A DNA stretch of 64,000 bases from positions 10,448 through 74,447 of IMG/VR virus record IMGVR_UViG_2636416187_000004. One strand, written 5' to 3'. The stretch comes from a virus. Lineage: Duplodnaviria; Caudoviricetes. This document shows positions 1 through 8,968 of the stretch, one piece after another (position 1 is the stretch's first letter; each line of letters begins with the position of its first letter). Made by a program: the position numbers and the translations under genes. Under the pieces are notes generated by a model that worked only from the letters and a program-made list of their open reading frames with translations, was not told the origin of the DNA and searched no databases.

Positions 1-21
1 CAACAAACTTGAGGGGCCAGT

Positions 22-762
22 ATGAACACGAACGTCACCCCCGGCAATACCCCGAATCCTGCGACACGTTTTGCTCAATCTCAAAACGTGTCGCGACACA
101 TGTCGTCTCGCGTGATCGCCGAACTGATCGGCAGCTCTCACGACAATGTGCTGAAAACCATCCGTGCACTGGTTGCGAAGGGTGTCGTTTCTTCAAACGA
201 CACCCCCTACGTGCACCCGCAGAACGGGCAGGTGTACCGCGAGTTCCTGCTGTCGCAGCGCGACACCCTCGTCGTCGTGTCCGGTTACAGCGTCGAGCTG
301 CGTGCCAAGATCATTGATCGCTGGCAGGAGCTAGAGGCCCAAGCGGGTCAGTTCCAGATCCCGGCCACCTACGCCGAGGCGCTGCAGGCTGCCGCTGATC
401 AGGCGAAGGACAACCAAACCCTGCGCCTAGTAATCCTCGATCAGGCACCGAAGGTTGCGGCCATCAAAAGGCTTGCTGCTGCGGAAGGTGCTATCTGCAT
501 CACCGACGCTGCGAAGCATCTGCAGCTGAAGCCTTCGAAGCTCTTCGCCTGGATGCAGCAGAACCGGTGGATCTTCCGTCGCCAAGGCTCCGGGCGCTGG
601 ACTGCCTACCAACCACGCATCACCTCCGGGCTCTTGGTCCACAAAGTCACTGCTCTCAAGCCTGACTCAGAAACCGGTGCTGACCGTGCCGCTTTCGATC
701 CTCTCGTTACCCCAAAGGGCCTTGCCCGTTTGGCCGAATTGAATATCGGAGCCTCGCTGTGA
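22..762 (+). CDS. Rha/antirepressor protein (Rha-like N-terminus, ANT/KilAC C-terminus)
   Basis: MSSRVIAELIG..HDNVLKTIR, GYSVELRAKIIDRWQELE, P.TYAEAL, and C-terminal VTPKGLARL motifs. Confidence 0.85.
   Translation: MNTNVTPGNTPNPATRFAQSQNVSRHMSSRVIAELIGSSHDNVLKTIRALVAKGVVSSNDTPYVHPQNGQVYREFLLSQRDTLVVVSGYSVELRAKIIDRWQELEAQAGQFQIPATYAEALQAAADQAKDNQTLRLVILDQAPKVAAIKRLAAAEGAICITDAAKHLQLKPSKLFAWMQQNRWIFRRQGSGRWTAYQPRITSGLLVHKVTALKPDSETGADRAAFDPLVTPKGLARLAELNIGASL
61..94. repeat. 34-bp 13-8-13 inverted-repeat site, copy A
   Basis: GCGACACGTTTTG-ctcaatct-CAAAACGTGTCGC, perfect arms. Confidence 0.9.
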
Positions 763-1550
763 GCGTTCAAGCAATGTCATGGGCGCTGTCTTTGCCCACG
801 CAAGTTCTCAAGGATGCCAGTGCCCGGCACGTGCTGCTGTGCCTGGCCAACTATGCCGGATCGAATGGCGCTGGCGCGTTCCCGTCGGCTACCACCCTGG
901 CTCAGGACACCGGACTCTCCGAGCGCACCGTGCGCTACAAGCTGGACGACTTGGAGAAGTCCGGACTGATCCAGAAGGGCAACCAGGCGATCGCCGCTGT
1001 TCACATTGATCGCCATGACCGCCGCCCAGTCGTTTACGACCTTCAACTATTGCGGGGTGCAAATGCTGCACCCCGTACAGAACGGGGTGCAGATGACGGC
1101 ACGGGGTGCAATCCACAACAGAGCGGGGTGCAACCTACGACAGAACGGGGTGCAGCGGCTGCACCCAATCCGTCACTTAACCATCAATTAACCGAAGAGC
1201 AGCTGCAGCAGCGCGAGATTGATGCCGCTCTTGCCGAACAGAACAGCGCCGCGATCGAGCCGCAGGATGATCGCCAGCGCTTCGCCATGTTCGCCACTTG
1301 GGTGCCCAACGAGAAAGCGTTGTCGGATCAGATCGCAATCGCAGGGCTTCCGGTTGACTGCGTCCCTGACGAAGCGGTTCGCAAGTTCAAGGGCTTCCAC
1401 TGCGCCAAGCCAAACACTCTCGATTCCAGCCCCGGCTGGTGCTACCGCCTGGTCCAGTGGGTGAAGCGTGAGCGAGTGCAGGCAGCGGGCCGAGGGCAGG
1501 AGCCTGATTTCAATGACACCAGTTGGGGTGATGACCTGGGAGGTCTGTGA
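759..1550 (+). CDS. Phage replication initiator (HTH N-terminus, DnaT-like C-terminus)
   Basis: LLCLANYA..AFPS..TLAQDTGLSERTV wHTH; internal iterons; upstream of P-like gene. Confidence 0.85.
   Translation: MSVQAMSWALSLPTQVLKDASARHVLLCLANYAGSNGAGAFPSATTLAQDTGLSERTVRYKLDDLEKSGLIQKGNQAIAAVHIDRHDRRPVVYDLQLLRGANAAPRTERGADDGTGCNPQQSGVQPTTERGAAAAPNPSLNHQLTEEQLQQREIDAALAEQNSAAIEPQDDRQRFAMFATWVPNEKALSDQIAIAGLPVDCVPDEAVRKFKGFHCAKPNTLDSSPGWCYRLVQWVKRERVQAAGRGQEPDFNDTSWGDDLGGL
1053..1166. repeat. Iterons of prophage 1 replication origin
   Basis: CGGGGTGCA at 1053, 1083, 1102, 1124, 1146, with inverted copies at 1067 and 1160, inside the initiator gene. Confidence 0.85.
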
Positions 1551-2212
1551 TGAAGTCTGTTTCGAGTGTGCTGCAAATGTTGCCCAACGTGGCCTCGGCT
1601 GAAGTCGCGCCAGTGAAGGCGGATGCCGGTACCGTACAGGTCATCAACTCGCTGTTCCGCGAGCTGATGGCTATCTTCCCGGCGTGGAAGCAGGCGTGGC
1701 CTGATAACCATGCCGTCAACGCCGCGAAAGCCACATGGACCAAGGCGTTCATGGCCGAGAAAATCACGAAGGTCGAGCAGATTCGTTTCGGTATCGAGCA
1801 GTGCCGGAAGCTCGGCTCAGACTTTGCACCAAGCGTCGGCAAGTTCATCAACTTGTGCCAGCCCACGCCAGAAATGCTTGGGCTGCCACCGCTTGAAACG
1901 GCATTTCGCGAAGCGTGCCGCAATGTCCATCCGTCGATGGCCGGCCAGGCGAACTGGTCGCACGATGCGATTTGGCACACGGCCAAGGAGTCGGGTTTCG
2001 AGAGTCTGAACCGCCTTGATACCTCACTGGCGCGCAAGCTGTTCGAACGCAACTACGTGATCACGCTGCGCCGTTTGATCGATGGGTTGCCGCTCCAAAA
2101 GATGCCGCTGGCATTGCCCGCCCGAGTTGATGGCCGCCGTACGCCTGAGATCGGCAACAAAGCGCTCGCTGAGCTGCGTGCCATGCGATCGAGGGCTGCC
2201 CGCCATGCCTGA
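1547..2212 (+). CDS. Replication protein P-like helicase loader
   Basis: LFRELMAIFPAWKQAW..FAPSVGKFINLC; overlaps initiator stop. Confidence 0.8.
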   Translation: MMKSVSSVLQMLPNVASAEVAPVKADAGTVQVINSLFRELMAIFPAWKQAWPDNHAVNAAKATWTKAFMAEKITKVEQIRFGIEQCRKLGSDFAPSVGKFINLCQPTPEMLGLPPLETAFREACRNVHPSMAGQANWSHDAIWHTAKESGFESLNRLDTSLARKLFERNYVITLRRLIDGLPLQKMPLALPARVDGRRTPEIGNKALAELRAMRSRAARHA

Positions 2213-2414
2213 CCGCCGCCTGGCTGTTCCTGAGATCGAGACCTACCGATGGGCTGTGTTCTGCTGCTCATTCAAGGTTGATTTGAGTTCACCACCTGAT
2301 CACGCACTGGCGCTGTTCGCCGATGAGTCCATGGCCAAGCGTTATGGGGCGTGGATGTGGCCGGGCACCTACGAAGTCGTCGACGTCGTCACGGGGAAGC
2401 CAGCATGCGCGTGA
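2205..2414 (+). CDS. Small phage hypothetical protein
   Basis: ATG overlapping P stop (MPDRRLAVPE...), coupled to next gene. Confidence 0.55.
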   Translation: MPDRRLAVPEIETYRWAVFCCSFKVDLSSPPDHALALFADESMAKRYGAWMWPGTYEVVDVVTGKPACA

Positions 2415-2707
2415 GTTCGAGAAAGCTCCGCGCCTCGGCCAATGGCCAAGAGTGCACCGTCCGGATGCCGGGCATCTGCAATTACAACCCACAAACCACC
2501 GTCCTTGCGCATCTGCCATGCGGGCAGAAGGGCATGGGCATGAAGGGCTTCGACACCGTCGCGGTGTACGCCTGCAGTGCCTGCCACGACGTCATCGACG
2601 GCCGCGCCGCTGGCGACGTCGATTGGCAGGACATGCCGCGCGCCATTGCCGAAACCCACGAAGGCCTGATCCGGGCCGGAATTCTCACCGTAAAGGGGGC
2701 TGCATGA
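2405..2707 (+). CDS. DUF1364-like zinc-binding nin-region protein
   Basis: KLRASANGQECTVRMPGIC..TTVLAHL..ACSACHD. Confidence 0.75.
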   Translation: MRVSSRKLRASANGQECTVRMPGICNYNPQTTVLAHLPCGQKGMGMKGFDTVAVYACSACHDVIDGRAAGDVDWQDMPRAIAETHEGLIRAGILTVKGAA

Positions 2708-3075
2708 TCGACATGACGCTGCCGTGGCCGCCAAAGGAGTTGAGTCCGAATGCGCGCGTGCACTGGCGGCAAAAACACAAACACGCGAAAGCGTACCGTC
2801 GCACCTGCGGTCTGATCGCGCTGGCGCTGGATGCACCGCGTCTCAGCAGCAAGAAGTACTTTTGGGTCACGTTCTGCCCGCCGAATCGTCGCTCCTACGA
2901 CGATGACAACCTGCTGGCGCGCTTCAAGGCCGGCCGGGATGGCATCGCCGATGGCCTGGGTATCGACGATAAGAACTTCGTCACCACGATCAATATCGGC
3001 AAGCCGGTGCCGGGTGGCGCGGTGCGCGTGCACATCCGGGAATATCCAATCGACCCGGAGCCGAACACCCCATGA
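2704..3075 (+). CDS. rusA: RusA-like Holliday junction resolvase
   Basis: LPWPP..LSPN..R.YDDDNL...K...DGIAD..GIDD catalytic pattern. Confidence 0.75.
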   Translation: MIDMTLPWPPKELSPNARVHWRQKHKHAKAYRRTCGLIALALDAPRLSSKKYFWVTFCPPNRRSYDDDNLLARFKAGRDGIADGLGIDDKNFVTTINIGKPVPGGAVRVHIREYPIDPEPNTP

Positions 3076-4352
3076 GCCAGAGCCTGCTGACCACGTTTTC
3101 TGATGCCGAGATCCGCCGGCAATCGGCCAACACCGATATCCGTGACATGCGGGACGCGCGGTATCCCGGCGTTTACTTTCGCTTCCACAAGAATCGCGAG
3201 CGCGGTACCTGGCACCTGGTGGTTGGCAAGAAGTGGGAGAAGATTGCCGGTTTCCCGGAGCTGCCGGTGAAAGGGCTGATCAATGCGCTGCCGAAGATCC
3301 GCGAGCGCCTTGCCGCTGACCCGAAGGCCTCGGCTGCAGCCGGCACCTTGCAGACGGTCGGCCAGTTGCTCGACTGGTTCACGGCGCGCCAAGCCGTTGA
3401 CCGCAGCCTGTCGGCCAAGCGCCGATCCACCAACACCTCGATCATCGCCTGCCACCTGAAGCCGCGGCTCGGTGAGCTGCTGGTGGAGGAGGTGGACCGC
3501 TTCACCCTGGACAAGCAACTGATGTGGCCGATGCAGGCCGAGTTCTCGCTGTCCTACGTGCGCCTGATGTGGGGCGTGCTGGTGGTGGCGTTTCGGCAGG
3601 CCGAGAAGCTGCGCATGATCAGCTCCAACCCGATCGCGGGCTTCAAGTTCACCGACTTCACTAAGGCCAAGATCCAGCCCAAGCCTTCCCGGTTGCGCGC
3701 CGTCCAGCTCGAGGATGTGATCGGGGACCTGGCCGCCAGTTTCGACCGGTACCCGCAGGACTGCATGCTGGCGCTGATGATGCTCTGCCACGGTACGCGC
3801 GTCGGCGAAACCCGCATGGCTCGGTGGGCGCACCTGACCCTGGGCGAGCAGGGCGAGTGGTTCATCCCGGCCGAGAACACCAAAACCCGCTGCGAGCATC
3901 GGTTGCCACTGACGCATCAGGTCTGCGCGCTGCTGGAGCGGTACCGGGACTGGCAGGCAGCTAAGGGCTACAAGGGCGCGTTCGTCTTCCCGGCTCGTGG
4001 CGGTGGATGCCTCAGCGACAGCCAGGCCTGTGCCGTGTTCACCCGGTTGGGGAAGGGCGAGTGGACAAGCCACGACCTGCGCAAGGTGGCCCGCACCGGC
4101 TGGACTGATCTCGGCGTGGACTTCCTCATCGGCGAGATGCTGGTGAACCACACGATGACCCGCAACGTGCAGACCTACATCCACACATCCGCCGAACTGC
4201 TCAAGCGCGAAGCCCTGAGCAAGTGGCACGAATGGTTAGACGCGAAAGGCTTCAGCCTGATTCACCGCTCGACCATGACTAGAAACGGAAATTCGCAGAA
4301 TGCCGCCGAGGCTTTGAATGGCGCGGCTTCTAGCCAAATCACGAAACCATAA
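3072..4352 (+). CDS. Tyrosine recombinase (integrase-like) embedded in the nin region
   Basis: HGTRVGE, NTKT, HDLRK, VNH and TYIH motifs; N-terminal arm-binding-like region. Confidence 0.9.
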   Translation: MSQSLLTTFSDAEIRRQSANTDIRDMRDARYPGVYFRFHKNRERGTWHLVVGKKWEKIAGFPELPVKGLINALPKIRERLAADPKASAAAGTLQTVGQLLDWFTARQAVDRSLSAKRRSTNTSIIACHLKPRLGELLVEEVDRFTLDKQLMWPMQAEFSLSYVRLMWGVLVVAFRQAEKLRMISSNPIAGFKFTDFTKAKIQPKPSRLRAVQLEDVIGDLAASFDRYPQDCMLALMMLCHGTRVGETRMARWAHLTLGEQGEWFIPAENTKTRCEHRLPLTHQVCALLERYRDWQAAKGYKGAFVFPARGGGCLSDSQACAVFTRLGKGEWTSHDLRKVARTGWTDLGVDFLIGEMLVNHTMTRNVQTYIHTSAELLKREALSKWHEWLDAKGFSLIHRSTMTRNGNSQNAAEALNGAASSQITKP

Positions 4353-4368
4353 AAGGCGAGGTTTAAAA

Positions 4369-4569
4369 ATGATGATTTTGCTCGATGAGGCATCCGGCCT
4401 CGCCGTGAATCCAGCCGAAGTCAGCTCGATGCGGTACGAGAACTGGAATGGCGGCAAGCACCTGGTGCTGACCATGCAAACCGGCAAGGAGCTTTCGGTG
4501 GAGCATTGGCCTCATGGTGATGGCCCAAACGTCTACCGCCTGCACGAGCAGCTGCTGGAGGCTCAATGA
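4369..4569 (+). CDS. Phage hypothetical protein
   Basis: ORF with upstream GAGG, coupled to next ORF. Confidence 0.55.
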   Translation: MMILLDEASGLAVNPAEVSSMRYENWNGGKHLVLTMQTGKELSVEHWPHGDGPNVYRLHEQLLEAQ

Positions 4570-4883
4570 ATAAGTCTCACGGACCAGCCTTCCGCGCCGC
4601 GATGCTCGACCTGGCCAAGTGCCCGGCGTGCCGTGGTCGCGCGGTGATCAAGGGCGTTTTCCATGAGCTGGGCTGCGTGCAGTGCGCCGCCTCGGGCTGG
4701 GTCACCGCCGAAACTGGCGAAGCCCTAACGCTAGAGGTGCTGGTGACGCAGCTGAGCATTCGTCTCCAGGCTGCCGAGCACGAGATTGCGCAGTTCAAGT
4801 GCTTCAAGCCAGCCGGGGCTGAAGCGCAATACAACGAGAACAACCGCCGTGGCCCTGGTGCCACCAACTTCACTGGGGATTGA
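4566..4883 (+). CDS. Phage zinc-ribbon protein
   Basis: CPAC...CVQC pairs; directly upstream of Q. Confidence 0.65.
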   Translation: MNKSHGPAFRAAMLDLAKCPACRGRAVIKGVFHELGCVQCAASGWVTAETGEALTLEVLVTQLSIRLQAAEHEIAQFKCFKPAGAEAQYNENNRRGPGATNFTGD

Positions 4884-4886
4884 GCC

Positions 4887-5240
4887 ATGGCTTTCACACC
4901 GACATTTAAAGAACGTACCGCCGAGGATCTGCTGGAGCACTGGGGCCGCTGGGTCGTGCTGGGCTCTGGCGTGTCCTGCTGCGCTTCCCGCGAGAACACG
5001 ATCCTGTCGCCGATGATCACCGATGACGACGCGCTGATGATTGATGGTCTGATGGGCCGCCTGCTGAAGCGTTACCCGGAATGCGGCCAGGTGCTGATGC
5101 GCTACTACACCAGCCGGGACACATCGCTGATGGAAGTCGGCAAGAAGATGAAGTTCGGCGAAGAAAAGACCCGGCAGCTCTGGAAGGCCGGCGTGGCCTG
5201 GATTGATGGCGCGCTCGATGTTCGACGTCAGGCCGCTTGA
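4887..5240 (+). CDS. Late antiterminator Q (lambda Q family)
   Basis: LLEHWGRW..ITDDDALMID..GVAWIDGAL; followed by pR'/tR'-like elements. Confidence 0.85.
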   Translation: MAFTPTFKERTAEDLLEHWGRWVVLGSGVSCCASRENTILSPMITDDDALMIDGLMGRLLKRYPECGQVLMRYYTSRDTSLMEVGKKMKFGEEKTRQLWKAGVAWIDGALDVRRQAA

Positions 5241-5265
5241 CAGGCCCGGGGACTGACTATAGATT
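5237..5265 (+). promoter_or_regulatory. Late promoter pR'-like
   Basis: TTGACA-N17-TAGATT directly after Q. Confidence 0.75.
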
Positions 5266-5293
5266 TCAGTTACTTTGCGGTTTTTCCGCGTGC

Positions 5294-5320
5294 AAAGCCC
5301 GTCTCTGAGATGGGCTTTTT
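5294..5320 (+). terminator. tR'-like intrinsic terminator
   Basis: AAAGCCCGTCTC-T-GAGATGGGC hairpin followed by T tract. Confidence 0.8.
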
Positions 5321-5373
5321 GCTTTTTGGGTAGCGTTCGATCATTGTGGTTCTCTTTGAATGGAGAGGATTAA

Positions 5374-5607
5374 ATGGATCGAGAAACTGAAGCCCAGATC
5401 GGTGAAATTTTTGAGCAGATTTGCATCGCAGCGGATGCGCGACAAGTTACTCACTCATCAGTTGGCACCGACGATGAGCATCCGGCGCGCCGCCAGTTAA
5501 TCGTCAAAGGGTTGCGAGATCGCCTTTACCGGAAGTATCCAAAGTCTTTGGTTCTGGTTGATGTAATCGCGAGCGGAACCATCACTGTGTCGATCACGCA
5601 TCCGTAA
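5374..5607 (+). CDS. Small moron of unknown function
   Basis: GAGGA SD; own terminator at 5623-5650; lies between tR' and holin. Confidence 0.6.
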   Translation: MDRETEAQIGEIFEQICIAADARQVTHSSVGTDDEHPARRQLIVKGLRDRLYRKYPKSLVLVDVIASGTITVSITHP

Positions 5608-5683
5608 CAAGTCGCACCACTGAAAGCCTCGTTAATTGCGGGGCTTTTTTCGTTTATGGAATTCCATGAGCCTCGGCATTCGC

Positions 5684-5748
5684 CGGGGCTTTTTCGTTTT
5701 CGGCTCCACCACACCCATCGCTCTGAGCTGGGAGTGCTGCTGGAGCCG
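5684..5748 (+). ncRNA. Conserved structured leader upstream of holin (copy 1)
   Basis: Nested hairpin CGGCTCCA..TGGAGCCG; close copy at 56405-56468. Confidence 0.5.
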
Positions 5749-5782
5749 GATCTAATGCACTCCCCCAAAGGGAGGAATCGAG

Positions 5783-6106
5783 ATGCCAAACATGCCTGAG
5801 AAGGATCCCGGACTGTGGGCCGCTGTGCTCGCCTGGCTGCTGCTGCATCAGCCGCAGCTCTATGCCGCTGGCCTTTCGGTCGGCATCGCTGTGCTGCGGG
5901 TGATGTACGGCGGTGGCACTCGCCGTCAGATGTATCTGGAGGGGGCGCTGTGCGGCCTGGTCACGCTCTCGCTGGTGCCACTCCTTGAATGGATGGGGTT
6001 ACCGCAGAGCATGGCCACGTTCGCCGGTGGCGCCGTTGGTTTCCTCGGCGTCGAGAAGGTGCGCGGTTATTACGATCGGGCGGCAGCTCGGAAGGTTGAA
6101 GGCTGA
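5783..6106 (+). CDS. Holin, lambda family
   Basis: MPEKDP start, 3 hydrophobic segments, GFLGVEKVR. Confidence 0.85.
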   Translation: MPNMPEKDPGLWAAVLAWLLLHQPQLYAAGLSVGIAVLRVMYGGGTRRQMYLEGALCGLVTLSLVPLLEWMGLPQSMATFAGGAVGFLGVEKVRGYYDRAAARKVEG

Positions 6107-6432
6107 TGGCGAACACATCGCCTTGGCATCACCTCTACAAGACGAAGGAATGGTTTCGCCTTCGGTGGAGCCAGCTCCAGACAGAGCCGCTGTGCCGTCG
6201 ATGCTCCTCGCAAGGGCGCGTGGTCGCCGCCAACATTGCCGACCACGTCAAGCCGCACCGAGGTGACGTAACGCTGTTCTTCGACGCGACCAACCTGCAG
6301 AGCCTTTGCAAGGTCTGCCATGACAGCGCGAAGCAGCGAGAGGAGAAGTCCGGCGTTGTGGTCGGGTGTGACGTCAATGGCCTACCTATCGACCCGAATC
6401 ACCACTGGAATCGGTCGAAGACCGTAAAATGA
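6106..6432 (+). CDS. HNH endonuclease (HK97 gp74-like packaging cofactor)
   Basis: PLCRRC..DHVKPH..NLQSLCKVCH; upstream of terminase. Confidence 0.9.
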   Translation: MANTSPWHHLYKTKEWFRLRWSQLQTEPLCRRCSSQGRVVAANIADHVKPHRGDVTLFFDATNLQSLCKVCHDSAKQREEKSGVVVGCDVNGLPIDPNHHWNRSKTVK

Positions 6433-6571
6433 GAATGGGTCTCGCCGATTTCATGCGCCTTCGTTGTGGCACGTCACAGCCCATAGGGGGAGGGTCAAAA
6501 GTTCGGGATTTCCGCATATAGGACCGCCCTCGACCCTCTTTACGCAAAAAGCCAGAATTGGAGAGTTTTTT

Positions 6572-7030
6572 TTGAAGGGAAGAACCCCCGCACCGACGAC
6601 CCAGAAAAAGGTCACCGGCACATTGCGTGCCAGTCGGGAAAACAAGCGGGAGCCTCAGCTCGCAGTGGCATCGTACCAGTCGCCGCCGTCAACGATGACG
6701 GCCGATGGTCAGGCAGTGTGGAAAATATTCTGCCCTCTCGCTACGTCCATGGGCGTGCTCACCGAAGCCGATCTTCAAACTCTCGAGCGCCTGTGTGAAG
6801 TTGCCGCCGAGGTTCGACGCTTAACCAAAGTTATTTCCGAAGAGGGCCACACCTACTCGACCGAAGCCGGGCTGATTAAAGCGCACCCGGCGGTGGCGAT
6901 GGCGGCTGACGCCGACCGCCGGCTGCTCTCTTACCTTACCCATTTCGGCATGACACCCGCCGCCCGATCCAAGGTCCAGGCCATTGGCGAACTTCAAGAA
7001 AAAGACCCTGAAGACGAGTTCTTCAATTGA
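6572..7030 (+). CDS. Terminase small subunit (P27 family); TTG start inferred
   Basis: KAHPAV...FGMTPAARSKV; GGAG upstream of in-frame TTG. Confidence 0.85.
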   Translation: MKGRTPAPTTQKKVTGTLRASRENKREPQLAVASYQSPPSTMTADGQAVWKIFCPLATSMGVLTEADLQTLERLCEVAAEVRRLTKVISEEGHTYSTEAGLIKAHPAVAMAADADRRLLSYLTHFGMTPAARSKVQAIGELQEKDPEDEFFN

Positions 7031-8780
7031 GGTCAAGAAGGTTTCCTATGCGGTCGACCCAGTAACGGCCTGGGCTCAGGAGGTTTACTCCGGCAAGGTG
7101 TTGGCCGGTCCAGATATTCGAAACGCCTGTGGTCGACACTTGCGGGACCTTGAAGACGGGCCGAAACGCGGGCTGACCTGGGATCTCGAAAAAGCCAACC
7201 GGGCTATCCGCTATTTCAAGACAGTGCTGAAGCTCAACGGCGGTGAGCACGAAGGTTTGCCATTCGTTTTGCTGCCTTGGCAGGCGTTCATCGTTGGATC
7301 TATCTTCGGCTGGATGGCGCCGGATGGCTTCCGCCGCTTCCGCACTGTTTACATTGAATCGGGCAAAGGTTCAGGCAAGTCGCCGCTAGCGGCCGGGATC
7401 GGCCTCTACTGCATGACCTCCGACGGCGAACCTCGCGCCGAGGTGTACGCTGCCGCGACGAAGCGTGATCAGGCAATGATCCTGTTCCGCGATGCGGTGG
7501 CGATGGTCGATCAATCGCCGTCGCTGAAGAAGAAAATCAAGAAGTCAGGTCGCGATGAAAAGGTCTGGAACTTGGCCTACCTGGCGACCGGCTCGTTCTT
7601 TCGCCCTATCAGTTCCGACGATGGGCAGTCTGGGCCGCGGCCTCACTGCGCACTGATCGACGAAGTTCACGAACACAAGAATAACAAGACCGTCGAGTTC
7701 ATGCGGGCGGGCACCAAGGGCCGGCGCCAAGCGCTGATCCTGATGATCACCAACAGCGGGCATGACCGAAACTCTGTTTGCTACAGCTACCACCAGCTCG
7801 GTGTGAACGTCTGCGCGGCTGGCGCCAAAGGTGTGACAAAGAGGCACCGTCATTTCAACGACGGTTTCTTTGCCTTCATCTGTTCGTTGGATAAGGGCGA
7901 CGATCCGTTCAAGGATGAGAAGTGCTGGGGCAAGGCAAACCCATCGCTGGGCCATACCTTCCAACCGAAGTATCTGCGCGAGCAGGTGACCGATGCGAAG
8001 GGGATGCCAGCCAAGGCGAGCACTGTCCGGCGCCTGAACTTCTGCCAGTGGGTGGATGCTGCAAATCCATGGGTCGACATCGACACCTGGCTGTCGTGTT
8101 GCACGAAGTTCGATCCCGAGAAGCTGGCTGGTCAGGTTTGCTATGCAGGTCTCGACCTTTCAGGTAAGCGCGACCTTACGGCGCTGAACCTGTATTTCCC
8201 AGAGCAGGGCAAGTCTATCGCGGAGTTCTGGACCCCAAAGGACACGCTGCTTGATCGCGCCGCGATTGACGGCGTGCCTTATGACATCTGGCTTGAGGAT
8301 GGACACATCCACGCGCCGCCAGGTAAGGCAATCAACTACGCCTTTGTCGCCAAGCGGCTGGGCGAACTCGCCGCAAAGTTCGAAATAAAGGCGTTGGCGT
8401 TTGACCCGTACCACATGACCTATCTGGAGGTAGAGCTTGAGGCTCAGGGCATCGAGTTGAATCTGGTGCCGCACGGCCAGGGCTTTCGCCCGGCGCGCGA
8501 GTCGAATCTGTGGATGACTCACTCCATTGATCTGGTCGAGGACTTGATCCTCACCGGGCAAATCCAAGTGCTGCCAAACCCATGCCTTACCTGGAACGTC
8601 GCTTCCGCTGTGATGGAGGCCGACGCCCAGGAAAACAGAATCTTTTCCAAGCGCAAAAAGACCGGTCGGATTGACGGGGCTGTCGCTATGGCTATGGCCG
8701 TGGGAGCAGCAAGCGCGACAGAGAAGGTTGCTGAAAGCCTTTCTGACCACATTACAAAACACGGAATTAGAACCCTATGA
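6984..8780 (+). CDS. Terminase large subunit
   Basis: Walker A GKGSGKS, LIDEVH, GLDLS, RIDGAVA. Confidence 0.95.
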   Translation: MANFKKKTLKTSSSIEVKKVSYAVDPVTAWAQEVYSGKVLAGPDIRNACGRHLRDLEDGPKRGLTWDLEKANRAIRYFKTVLKLNGGEHEGLPFVLLPWQAFIVGSIFGWMAPDGFRRFRTVYIESGKGSGKSPLAAGIGLYCMTSDGEPRAEVYAAATKRDQAMILFRDAVAMVDQSPSLKKKIKKSGRDEKVWNLAYLATGSFFRPISSDDGQSGPRPHCALIDEVHEHKNNKTVEFMRAGTKGRRQALILMITNSGHDRNSVCYSYHQLGVNVCAAGAKGVTKRHRHFNDGFFAFICSLDKGDDPFKDEKCWGKANPSLGHTFQPKYLREQVTDAKGMPAKASTVRRLNFCQWVDAANPWVDIDTWLSCCTKFDPEKLAGQVCYAGLDLSGKRDLTALNLYFPEQGKSIAEFWTPKDTLLDRAAIDGVPYDIWLEDGHIHAPPGKAINYAFVAKRLGELAAKFEIKALAFDPYHMTYLEVELEAQGIELNLVPHGQGFRPARESNLWMTHSIDLVEDLILTGQIQVLPNPCLTWNVASAVMEADAQENRIFSKRKKTGRIDGAVAMAMAVGAASATEKVAESLSDHITKHGIRTL

Positions 8781-8968
8781 CCGATGAAATCAAGCCGCCA
8801 AAGCTGGAGATGCTGAAAGAGGCTGCCCCCGATCTCGTCGGCGTCCTTGGTTTGGCTTTGCTGACGCGCGGTCTTTGGGCGTGGATGGGTGAACCGCTGG
8901 CTTTGACCGTCTGCGGTTTCTTGCTGATCGTCTTGTCGGTTGTCTCAATACTGCGGGGTGGTCGCTGA
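8777..8968 (+). CDS. Small membrane protein between terL and portal
   Basis: Two hydrophobic helices; stop/start overlaps at both ends. Confidence 0.7.
   Translation: MTDEIKPPKLEMLKEAAPDLVGVLGLALLTRGLWAWMGEPLALTVCGFLLIVLSVVSILRGGR

Noticed and set aside
1053-1166. Short repeats as a novel array (also 50081-50250)
   Set aside because: Explained as iterons within replication initiator genes, as in lambda O.
2895-4229. Long antisense ORFs (also 27282-28670, 14249-15379, 59144-60289, 49673-50686)
   Set aside because: Shadow frames of well-supported genes in GC-rich DNA, with no motifs or RBS.
5253-5269. LexA box at the late promoter
   Set aside because: CTG-N11-CAG has the wrong spacing.
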